The notes beneath the pieces were generated by a model. That model did not search any database. It was not told where the DNA came from and was given only the letters and a program-made list of their open reading frames with translations. The translations under genes and the position numbers were made by a program. Of a DNA stretch of 32,000 nt, positions 8,866 through 17,486 are shown piece by piece (position 1 is the first letter of the stretch; the number at the start of each line of letters is the position of its first letter). Source of the DNA: Planctopirus limnophila DSM 3776 (GTDB lineage Bacteria > Planctomycetota > Planctomycetia > Planctomycetales > Planctomycetaceae); NCBI RefSeq assembly GCF_000092105.1, contig NC_014148.1:2880001-2912000 (forward strand), given 5' to 3'.

Positions 8866-10255
8866 GGCACACTCTCTTCCATTCGCGTTGAAACTGCTCT
8901 CCCAAATGTGGGTTCAGATCCAGCCAGAGTCCACGCAGACAGGCATCGTCGTGAGCATGCTGGTCTTCGCAATGCCCTTCGTGACAGGTTCGAATAACGA
9001 TCATCCGCCCGGAAACTTCATGAGGCAGGTGCATCCCCTGCACACATTTGTCAGTCACAATTGCCAGATGAAATCCCCGGCGATCGCATCGATGCCCAAC
9101 ATGACGGCCATCTGTCGTTTCTTGAACTCGCGCCAGCGCATCCAACAGCTTCGCTTTGCCTTTGGTGCTGTTCTCCACAGTGAGTGCCTGTTGGCCCACA
9201 CGAACGGTCACAGTGCTGCCTGCAGCCAGATAGGCTAAACCGAGGCTGGCTGCCAGACGCGTTGCCCAGTTCAAAGAAGCATTGAAATCGTCTACGCTTC
9301 CTGCATGCACTGAGCGATCTGTGGGGAGATCGATTTCGACCCTGGATTGGATCGAGGCCTGCCTTTCGACAACGATCATCTGCCCATGCCGGGCTGTCTG
9401 TGCCCAATGGACGCGGCGTAGCGAATCACCCTGCCGGAAAGCCCGCGTCCCGAGAAGATCACCTTGATCACCGACCCGATGATCGGAAAAGACTTCGGCA
9501 GTGGGAAAAACTTCAATCGCATCCAGCAATGATGTCAAAGTCCACACCTTAGGCCAGACAATCAGTCGATTCCTGACCTGAAGTTTTCGAGAGGCGACTT
9601 GAAAGCCAAATGGAAATGAAGATTCCAGGCATGGAATCACTCGGGGATACTCACCCCGAACTGAAGGGAACCACTCCCACGTAAACGTTGAATGAGTTCC
9701 GGCAGGGATCGATGCCAGCGATGCCCAGACTTCTTTTTTGACCGGAAGACCTTCACCTGTGGCCAGACCTGCCTGTGGAGATGACGAACATACGATTTTC
9801 AGACCCCAGACGGGCCATGGCCAGCGATTGTTGACGACGAGTTGAATTCGAGCCGACTCCCCTTCACTGCAATGAGTCTGTTCAAATTCAATTTCCCCAG
9901 AGACCCCCCACATACTCAGGTAGGGCCAGACATACCCCACTGCCAGGATCAATAACGCGCCCGCAACTCCAATAAACGAATAAGGATTGATCCAGATCGC
10001 GCAGGCGATCGCAGCGATGGTTGTCAGCGAGAGAAAGGACAATGGGTGCTTGACCCAATAGACCCATCGATTTGCCCAGGGACAAAAATCATAGGTGAGC
10101 AGACCGTGAGCCGCCGAACTGACTTTCAATAAAAGACGGCCCAACATTTTTGCACCGCAAGAGCAACAAATTTCGATTGACGACCATGCCCGATGGCTGG
10201 GCTGGATCATCCAGAATGTTCTCAATCCGGAGATCGAACAACACTGCAAACACAT
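8855..10255 (-). CDS. DUF58 (vWA-like) family protein, MoxR partner
   Basis: DUF58 hallmark GDLLGTRAFRQGDSLRRVHWAQTARHGQMIVVERQ, with two TM helices upstream of it. The start is uncertain. The ORF opens at a TTG (10315). The first ATG is at 10255, and its product begins MCLQCC... A further ATG at 10147 lies just before the TM hairpin. Confidence 0.85.
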   Translation of the reverse strand: MCLQCCSISGLRTFWMIQPSHRAWSSIEICCSCGAKMLGRLLLKVSSAAHGLLTYDFCPWANRWVYWVKHPLSFLSLTTIAAIACAIWINPYSFIGVAGALLILAVGYVWPYLSMWGVSGEIEFEQTHCSEGESARIQLVVNNRWPWPVWGLKIVCSSSPQAGLATGEGLPVKKEVWASLASIPAGTHSTFTWEWFPSVRGEYPRVIPCLESSFPFGFQVASRKLQVRNRLIVWPKVWTLTSLLDAIEVFPTAEVFSDHRVGDQGDLLGTRAFRQGDSLRRVHWAQTARHGQMIVVERQASIQSRVEIDLPTDRSVHAGSVDDFNASLNWATRLAASLGLAYLAAGSTVTVRVGQQALTVENSTKGKAKLLDALARVQETTDGRHVGHRCDRRGFHLAIVTDKCVQGMHLPHEVSGRMIVIRTCHEGHCEDQHAHDDACLRGLWLDLNPHLGEQFQREWKRVCHAG

Positions 10256-10595
10256 AATATTTGCATGTCTTTCTAAAATACCAAAGAACCTGAGAACCTG
10301 AAGCAATAAAAGCAAGAATTCGCGATAAATTATTGTCCCACAAAGAGATAGCCATACACATCATCAACTGATGAAGTGGCGGAATATGAGCGAAACCGGC
10401 TGTTCAGACATGAAATCAAGCCGCCAGATCGAGTCGCAAAAGGCAGTTGGAAACCTCTGAGTGCCGTCGAGAAAAAACTGCAGCTTCGCTTTCTGCGCGA
10501 CGAAGAATTTGCCGCGAGTCCGCAAATCTGATCTGCCCGTATCAGTGAAATTCTGATATCTCCCGGCTCTTCCTAACTCGTCGAACAGGGATGTT

Positions 10596-11888
10596 ATGCT
10601 GCGTGTTCCAGGAGCCATGGTGGGCTCGAACACTTTTCCGCCGCCTGTCATTGCCAACCGGGATCGGGGACTGGATGCCCTCCGCGGTGGTGGAGCATTT
10701 CTGGTGGTCGTGCTCCATGCAGCGATCCCTTATCTGCATCATCCCCTCCAGGGACTGGCTTGGCCGGCCCGGTCCTCAGCCTCTTCGAGTCTCGCCGACG
10801 GACTCTTCTGGTGGATCGAGTCGTTCATCATGCCACTGTTTTTCTGTCTGAGTGGCTACGGCTGCTGGCAGAGTCTGAAAAACCGCAGTGCCGTCGAATT
10901 CATGAGATCTCGACTCAAACGACTGGGAAGACCTTTCCTCGCAGGCTGCATGATCATCCTGCCCATCGAAATGTATTTGTGGATTGGTGGCTGGGTTCTC
11001 AGCGGAGAGTTACCAGCCGTCAAACTACGAAGCCTGAAGTTAACAGGTGATTACGCTCAACTCTGGGGGTTCAGCCACCTGTGGTATTTGCAGTATCTGC
11101 TACTGATGAGCCTTCCACTTGCCCTCTGGAAAATTCAGCCGTGGATTTCATCCCCTGAACGATCGAGCGAGGCAGCATCCGTGCTTTCGATTTCAAGAAA
11201 GAATCCAGGAACCCTGCGAGCCATACTTTGCGGGCTCGCATTTTTAGGCATCGTCAGCCTGACTCTCATCTGGCGACCAGATGTTGTGACCGGATTTCAG
11301 CACGGATTTCTTCCAGATCCTGCCAAGTTTGCTTACTCCGCTGAGTTCTTTCTACTTGGCATAACCCTGGCTGCACTCGGCCAACCTCGGTTTCTCGATC
11401 ATCCTGCAGTTCTTGGATTTTCGTTATTGACGGCCATAGCCGCCTTGATCGCGGTTTATCAACTCACTCATGCTCCCCAAATGCTGAGCTCTGCCAACGA
11501 GACCTGGACCTCGCCACACCGCTGGCTGACAGGCATCCTGCTGGCGGCGACAGCATTTTTCTGGACACTCACCTGCTGGATGATGGCCACCAAATTGCCC
11601 CCACTTCCGCCGCTGTTTTTTCGTTTGGCAAAAGCTTCTTTCTGGATCTATCTGGTTCATCATCCGCTGATTGTGGCTTTAGAAATTGGTGCCGTGCGGA
11701 CATCGCTGCCAGCGACTATTCAGTTTGTACTTGTTGCTGGAATCGGATTTGCGCTTTCGTGGTGGAGTTACCATGCCTGGATTGAAGGAAGCGTGGCCGA
11801 TCGACTCCTTCACGGTCAATCACTACGCCGAAGCCCCGACCAATTCACGAGTTCAGGCAATCGCGAGCACACAGCGCAGGCTGCATAA
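10596..11888 (+). CDS. Acyltransferase family 3 (OpgC/OafA-like) integral membrane protein
   Basis: 430 aa with about 10 TM segments. N-terminal RDRGLDALRGGGAFLVVVLHAAIPY matches the R-x-x-x-D-x-x-R ... H signature of acyltransferase_3. Confidence 0.85.
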   Translation: MLRVPGAMVGSNTFPPPVIANRDRGLDALRGGGAFLVVVLHAAIPYLHHPLQGLAWPARSSASSSLADGLFWWIESFIMPLFFCLSGYGCWQSLKNRSAVEFMRSRLKRLGRPFLAGCMIILPIEMYLWIGGWVLSGELPAVKLRSLKLTGDYAQLWGFSHLWYLQYLLLMSLPLALWKIQPWISSPERSSEAASVLSISRKNPGTLRAILCGLAFLGIVSLTLIWRPDVVTGFQHGFLPDPAKFAYSAEFFLLGITLAALGQPRFLDHPAVLGFSLLTAIAALIAVYQLTHAPQMLSSANETWTSPHRWLTGILLAATAFFWTLTCWMMATKLPPLPPLFFRLAKASFWIYLVHHPLIVALEIGAVRTSLPATIQFVLVAGIGFALSWWSYHAWIEGSVADRLLHGQSLRRSPDQFTSSGNREHTAQAA

Positions 11889-11936
11889 CTTGTTGAGAAT
11901 CGGCCTTCTCAGTCAGCGATTGGAGTTAGGCGCGAG

Positions 11937-12617
<681 letters not shown>

Positions 12618-12665
12618 CTCAGCTCTCTCGACATTCGGGAATACCACGCGAATTTGGATACCGAG

Positions 12666-12684
12666 TGTTCCTTTTCAGAGAACA
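12666..12684. promoter_or_regulatory. Candidate operator: 19-bp inverted repeat TGTTC-N9-GAACA in the dtxR-like / tlpA-like divergent region
   Basis: TGTTCCTTTTCAGAGAACA lies 49-67 nt upstream of the regulator ATG (12617) and about 100 nt upstream of the lipoprotein ATG (12786). Its length matches the 19-bp DtxR-family operators. Confidence 0.3.
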
Positions 12685-12785
12685 TTCTGCAACCGCTCTT
12701 GTCGAATCGGCAGTTCTTGCCGTAGAACGTATGGCTCGCCAAAGAGGTGCTGGATAAACCTCTGCAGCCAAAGTTCTCGACAAGG

Positions 12786-14180
12786 ATGTCACGAATGCCT
12801 CGAATAAACTGCAGTTATGCACTGATATTGAGCCTTTTGACCTTCGCAGCTGCTGGCTGCAGCGACACTGCCGGCACAACATCTGTGGGCACAAACTCAG
12901 CCTCCGAGGCTGTCTCTCCCGGTGCCAAACCGTCCGCGGTCACTTCAAACAATCCAGGAAGTGCCCTGCCAGTGGCTTCGATTCCTGCCCCGGGAACTGC
13001 GGCAACCCCCGGAAACGTGGACGACGATGAACCTGAAGAACCCCTCGAACCACTCACTGAGACTCCTGAACCGGAGAAAGGCTCACCTGAATGGGCCGTT
13101 CGTGAAATTCTGCGAATTCGCCTGCTCCCCTACCCTGTGATTGAGACTGCCGCCGCCGATAACCCGGCGGCTCAGGAAAAACTCCGGGAACAAATGGAAA
13201 CGCAGAAGAAACTCCGCACAGAACGAAACAAACAGATTATCGAACTTGCGACCGGGGCATTGGCAGTCACAGCGAAAGACAAAGCTCAGGAGCGACTCTT
13301 TACCGTTTCAGCCCATCACCTCCTCGAAAGCCATCTGCAACTCGCCCTGCAAGGAGATGCCGAAAGTACGTCGGCCCTGTATGACATTGCTGCCGTCTTT
13401 TTCGAGAATCGACCGGAGTCAGATGCCGCTGCCGAAGCCCAGCAGACCGTTGTCAGCCTGGCACATTCCAATGCACTGCGTTCTTCAGAAACTGAGCCAC
13501 GCTGGCTGATTGAACTCTCCAGACAGTCGCAATTGTATGCGACACGCTTTCCCAAGGATTCGGCCAAAAGCTTGCCGTTCCTCTTAGCTGCCGCCACAAG
13601 TTGCGAAATGAACGGTCAACTCGAAGAAGCCGTGACCTGCTACCGCCTCATCGAGCAGAAATTTCCAGGAACTCCCGAAGCACAGCAAATCACCAACGTC
13701 CTGCGCCGGATTGATCTCCCAGGTAAATCACTCGAACTCGCCGGGCCGGCTCTGGATGGCAATTTCATCACCATGGATGAGTATCGCGGCAAAGCCGTTC
13801 TTGTGGTCTTCTGGTCAACAGCTTCCAAACCTTTTCGCGATCAACTTCCCCAACTGCTGGAAATCTCGAAAAAATACGAGAAATACTGCGTCACAGTGGG
13901 TGTCAATCTGGATCTCGAAGAATCCGCAGTCGATCGATTCCTGGAGGAAACAGGTGTCTCCTGGCCACAGATTTTCCATTCAGAGCGAGCCAAGCGCGGG
14001 TGGAATCATCCACTGGCCACTCACTACGGCATTAATACATTGCCCACGATTTGGCTGATCGATCCTCAGGGAACAGTCATTTCTACGCAGGTTCAGCCCT
14101 CGATTCTCGAACCAGAATTACGAGAAGTGCTGCTCAAGCATTTGCGGGCAGCCAAAGCCCAGGAGACTAACCAGAACTAA
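12786..14180 (+). CDS. Lipoprotein with acidic/Pro-rich linker, helical (TPR-like) region and C-terminal TlpA/ResA-like thioredoxin fold lacking the CxxC motif
   Basis: Signal peptide plus lipobox-like LTFAAAGC. C-terminal GKAVLVVFWSTASKPFRDQLP ... INTLPTIWLIDPQGTV aligns to TlpA/ResA GKxVLxxFWATWCGPCRxEMP ... LPTTFLIDxxG. I prefer the ATG at 12786 (AAGG upstream) over the listed GTG at 12747. Confidence 0.8.
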   Translation: MSRMPRINCSYALILSLLTFAAAGCSDTAGTTSVGTNSASEAVSPGAKPSAVTSNNPGSALPVASIPAPGTAATPGNVDDDEPEEPLEPLTETPEPEKGSPEWAVREILRIRLLPYPVIETAAADNPAAQEKLREQMETQKKLRTERNKQIIELATGALAVTAKDKAQERLFTVSAHHLLESHLQLALQGDAESTSALYDIAAVFFENRPESDAAAEAQQTVVSLAHSNALRSSETEPRWLIELSRQSQLYATRFPKDSAKSLPFLLAAATSCEMNGQLEEAVTCYRLIEQKFPGTPEAQQITNVLRRIDLPGKSLELAGPALDGNFITMDEYRGKAVLVVFWSTASKPFRDQLPQLLEISKKYEKYCVTVGVNLDLEESAVDRFLEETGVSWPQIFHSERAKRGWNHPLATHYGINTLPTIWLIDPQGTVISTQVQPSILEPELREVLLKHLRAAKAQETNQN

Positions 14181-14463
14181 TCTCTCGGTCTCGTTTTCTA
14201 CCGTAAGCTGATCCAGCCACGAATGTTCGCATGTTGTGCGGGCACCGTGGCTGTTTCGTTTCTTGGGTGGAAAGACCGAAGTACATGGAATGACTGACGG
14301 TTAAGAGAAGCAGGCTTAGTCTGTGAATTTCCCGGTTTTGTGCGGAAAAAGTGAGATCTTTTGAAAGAGATCTTCGAAAACACTGTATACATTTGGCCGG
14401 GCTATTGAATGATGACATCTTTGTTATCTGGATAAGTATCCATTCTGGTTTTCACTAAAGAAA

Positions 14464-14494
14464 TTTGTCACCTGTGGACAAAGGTGTCGATACT
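14464..14494 (+). promoter_or_regulatory. Candidate lexA promoter (TTGTCA-N18-GATACT) overlapped by inverted repeat TTTGTC-N7-GACAAA
   Basis: Inverted repeat arms at 14464-14469 and 14477-14482. -35-like TTGTCA at 14465-14470 and -10-like GATACT at 14489-14494. TTGTCAC recurs at 14498-14504, followed by tandem TCACGT TCACGT. Confidence 0.3.
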
Positions 14495-14639
14495 CACTTG
14501 TCACGTTCACGTCAGTATATTAGGATTTTTGCTAGTATCACCGGCAAGAGAACACTTCGTAACAGGCGACGATTTGCATTCATTGCTGGCGTGTATTCAC
14601 CATGAAATGTCGAAAGACAATGCCTAAACACAGGATGGC

Positions 14640-15242
14640 ATGAGCATGAAGGTCAATCTGACGACGCGGCAAAAAGAGATTTACGATTTTCTCCGCGACA
14701 AGATTATGAATCGAGGATACGGTCCGACTGTCAGAGAAATCGGGACTCACTTTGGTATTCGTTCTCCCAACGGGGTGATGTGTCACTTGAAGGCCCTCGA
14801 ACGAAAAGGGCTGATCTCTCGTGAATCTCATATGTCGCGGGCGATTCAACTGGCTGACAGCCCAGCTTCCCGTATGACTCTTCCCATGGCGGGCCAGATT
14901 GCTGCCGGTATCCCTGTATTGGCAGAACAGCAGGAAGAACGAGTCGATTTCAGCCATCTCTTCGATTCAGAAGATCATTTCTGTCTGCGAGTCAAAGGTG
15001 ACTCCATGATCGAAGATCAGATTGCTGAAGGCGATTACGTGGTCATCAAGCGCCAAGCCGATGCCCGTGATGGCGAAATCGTAGTGGCCCTTGTTGATGG
15101 CGTGGATGCCACACTCAAGCGGTTCTATCGTGAACCAACTCGAATTCGTCTTGAACCTGCCAATAGCACCATGAAGCCGATCTACTCGAATCGAGTCGAA
15201 GTTCTGGGCGTGCTGGTCGGTGTCATTCGCCAATTCAACTGA
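14640..15242 (+). CDS. lexA: LexA repressor (SOS regulator, S24 self-cleaving peptidase)
   Basis: 200 aa. N-terminal wHTH (LTTRQKEIYDFLRD...GYGPTVREIG), cleavage-site region GQIAAGIPV, catalytic Ser in VKGDSM and Lys in ATLKRF. Confidence 0.96.
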   Translation: MSMKVNLTTRQKEIYDFLRDKIMNRGYGPTVREIGTHFGIRSPNGVMCHLKALERKGLISRESHMSRAIQLADSPASRMTLPMAGQIAAGIPVLAEQQEERVDFSHLFDSEDHFCLRVKGDSMIEDQIAEGDYVVIKRQADARDGEIVVALVDGVDATLKRFYREPTRIRLEPANSTMKPIYSNRVEVLGVLVGVIRQFN

Positions 15243-15290
15243 GAGACGCCAGCGAACTCACTCGCTGATTGTTTCTCGCTATTTGTTTTC

Positions 15291-15333
15291 AAAAAAGCCC
15301 TGCACGGATTTTGATCCTTGCAGGGCTTTTTTT
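15291..15333. terminator. Bidirectional intrinsic terminator between convergent lexA and hpnD
   Basis: AAAAAA, then stem GCCCTGCA (15297-15304), inner stem GGAT/ATCC, stem TGCAGGGC (15319-15326), then TTTTTTT. The A-tract before and T-tract after let it terminate both strands. Confidence 0.75.
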
Positions 15334-15410
15334 GTTTTGAACCAAATCAAAATCATGTCTGGCTCGGCGCATGCATGCGACACAAGAGCTGTTCCATCAT
15401 GGCAACCGAA

Positions 15411-16322
15411 TCACGGCCTGCGAAATCCACCTGGCAGGAAGGTGCGGCCTACAAACCAGAGTTTCTGCCAGACCGGAACACGAATTCGCTGTTCGAAAAC
15501 ACGGAACTCTGCATGTTCAATCCGTTCCAGCAAAGTCTGGTAAGTATCGAGCATCACCCGAAGAATCGGCCTGCCCGGTGGCTCCAGTTCACTCACCAGC
15601 AGTGCTGCCTCCCTGTAGTTAGCCCTGGTCACCTCGGCAAACTCTCGCATCGCACTGACAAACGGTGCCGTGTACGCCCTTTGCCGCAAGTCATCAAGAG
15701 AGTATCGATGCTGACGCAGTAATTCTTCTGGTAGGTAAACTCTCCCCAGAGCAAGATCACTGTTCACATCGCGCAGGATGTTCGTGTACTGCATGGCTCT
15801 GCCACAGGCGAGTGCCCGGGCCTGTGCTTGATCCTCTTGAAATCCCCAGATGTGAATACAGCACAGCCCCACAGCTCCCGCGACATGATAGGCATACTTT
15901 TCCAGTTCGGCCCAGCTCTTGAGTTGAACTGGATGTAAATCCATCTCGACTCCAGTGATCACATCATGCAGATAACAGGCTGGGATCTGGTACCTGGAAA
16001 TCGTATCCACCAGAGCCGGCATTAAAGGATGTGGCTGACTCTCGCCAGCCAGGGCAGCGTCCAGCATTTTTCGCCAGGCGATCAGTTGCTCAGTTCGCTC
16101 AGAGATCGATAGCCCCTCGTTATCCCCCAGGTCATCAGTCAGTCGCATGAAGCTGTATAAGGCTTCCATAGCCTGCCGCCGCTGACGATCCAGTGTGAAA
16201 AAAGACCAGCGAAAATTGGATCGGGATCGCCTGGTGACCTCTTCGGCCCACTGGAACGATTCCGCCACGCTGAGCTGGCGAGCAGACTGCGGTAAACTCT
16301 CGGATGCAGGGGCAGGAGCCAT
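15411..16322 (-). CDS. hpnD: Squalene/phytoene-synthase family enzyme, HpnD-type (presqualene diphosphate synthase)
   Basis: 303 aa. Asp-rich motifs MRLTDDLGD and NILRDVNSDLALGRVYLP. Lies downstream of an HpnC-type paralogue. Confidence 0.8.
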   Translation of the reverse strand: MAPAPASESLPQSARQLSVAESFQWAEEVTRRSRSNFRWSFFTLDRQRRQAMEALYSFMRLTDDLGDNEGLSISERTEQLIAWRKMLDAALAGESQPHPLMPALVDTISRYQIPACYLHDVITGVEMDLHPVQLKSWAELEKYAYHVAGAVGLCCIHIWGFQEDQAQARALACGRAMQYTNILRDVNSDLALGRVYLPEELLRQHRYSLDDLRQRAYTAPFVSAMREFAEVTRANYREAALLVSELEPPGRPILRVMLDTYQTLLERIEHAEFRVFEQRIRVPVWQKLWFVGRTFLPGGFRRP

Positions 16323-16514
16323 AAGACCTCTGGATTTCCGCAGACTGTTTCACTAATCAATACGATCACCAAAGAGAAAAACAAATGGAATTTTGTTTCT
16401 GCGCTGGGGATTAGCCTTTGGGATCTAACATGTCTCTCGATTGTTGCGTGCTGACTTCTTGGAATGAGTGCTGTTCAGGAGAACGAACGCACATGTCGCT
16501 ACCCTTACCTGAAA

Positions 16515-17486
16515 TCAGCCAAAAAACCTTTTCCGAAGACTTCGCCCCAGCGCCATGATCAGCAATCGTCCGCCATCCCACTTGGTGACTTTGGGCCTGG
16601 TTTCCAGAACTCGATATTTGATCCTGGCAATCTTATCGAGAATGCATTCTCCGCCGCGAATAAACAAATCGACGTCCAGCCTCAAATCGTTGGTGACATG
16701 GTTCACAAGTGGCTTTCCCTTTTCAAAGAAGAGACGCGTTCGCTCCACTTGAAAAGTCATCAACTTTTGAAACGCTTCGGTCGAAATTCTCTCTCGAATC
16801 GTCTCCTCAGAAACACCAAACTCCTTCATCTCTGCCAAGGGAAGGTAGATCCTGCCAATCAGATAGTCTCGCGCGACATCCTGCCAGAAATTTGCCAGTT
16901 GCAATCCCGTACAAATCGCATCTGACCAGAAGACATTCTGCTCCGAAACATCCCGGCCGAGGTACAACACGAGTCTCCCAACAGGATTCGCACTCCTCTC
17001 ACAATAATTCAGCAGATCCTCAAAAGTCTCATATCTCGTCTGGCACTGATCCTGCTCGAACGCGGAAATCAGATCAACAAACGGCTGTAAAGGAATTCCG
17101 AATTCTTGAATGGTCTTTTGCAGAGCAATCATCACTGGATGTGCGAGAGAGATTTCCCCGGATAACTCCTGACTGCTGGCCGCCTGGTGACATAAGACCA
17201 TCTGCTCGCGCCACCACTGGAGCAGCTGCAGTGATCGAACGGGATCGTTGATTTCGTCTCCGAGATCATCAGACCAGCGGCAAAAGGCATAAACATTAAA
17301 AAATGGCTGATGCAGCTTTTTAGGTAACAGCAGCGAAACGAGCGGGAAATTCTCATAATGGCCCGTGGCCAGCTTTCGACAATAGCTCTCCGCCTCAGCC
17401 AAAGTACAGGCGCTTCGGGAACCCTGAGGCCCCCACTCCCTGATCTCTTCGGCAAAAGATCGCCACCGTTCCCTACTCTCAGGCAT
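16515..17486 (-). CDS. hpnC: Squalene/phytoene-synthase family enzyme, HpnC-type (hydroxysqualene synthase)
   Basis: 323 aa. GHYENFPLVSLLLP (HpnC-typical ENFP motif) and Asp-rich motifs CRWSDDLGDE and NFWQDVARDYLIGRIYLP. Confidence 0.8.
   Translation of the reverse strand: MPESRERWRSFAEEIREWGPQGSRSACTLAEAESYCRKLATGHYENFPLVSLLLPKKLHQPFFNVYAFCRWSDDLGDEINDPVRSLQLLQWWREQMVLCHQAASSQELSGEISLAHPVMIALQKTIQEFGIPLQPFVDLISAFEQDQCQTRYETFEDLLNYCERSANPVGRLVLYLGRDVSEQNVFWSDAICTGLQLANFWQDVARDYLIGRIYLPLAEMKEFGVSEETIRERISTEAFQKLMTFQVERTRLFFEKGKPLVNHVTNDLRLDVDLFIRGGECILDKIARIKYRVLETRPKVTKWDGGRLLIMALGRSLRKRFFG

Noticed and set aside
11894-11911. Hairpin TGAGAA-TCGGCC-TTCTCA between the convergent acyltransferase and dtxR-like genes
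   Set aside because: The stem is 6 bp and AT-rich, with no U-tract on either strand. That is too weak to call a terminator.
14223-14297. 24-codon ORF MFACCAGTVAVSFLGWKDRSTWND just downstream of the lipoprotein gene, considered as an SOS-linked type I toxin
   Set aside because: The hydrophobic stretch is only about 16 aa, too short for a TM helix. No promoter, RBS or antisense RNA partner is evident, and it is far from the candidate LexA sites.
14353-14380. GAGATCTT direct repeat and AGATC hairpin (GAGATCTTTTGAAAGAGATCTTCGAA), sharing GATCTTCGAA with the palindrome at 20980-21000
   Set aside because: The shared 10-mer occurs only twice in the window, and the stems are short. There is no evidence of a dispersed repeat family.
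15368-15379. Perfect 12-nt palindrome CGCATGCATGCG downstream of hpnD
   Set aside because: It has no loop, so it cannot form a useful hairpin, and it has no flanking T-tract. The strong bidirectional terminator 40 nt away already explains termination. It is probably chance.
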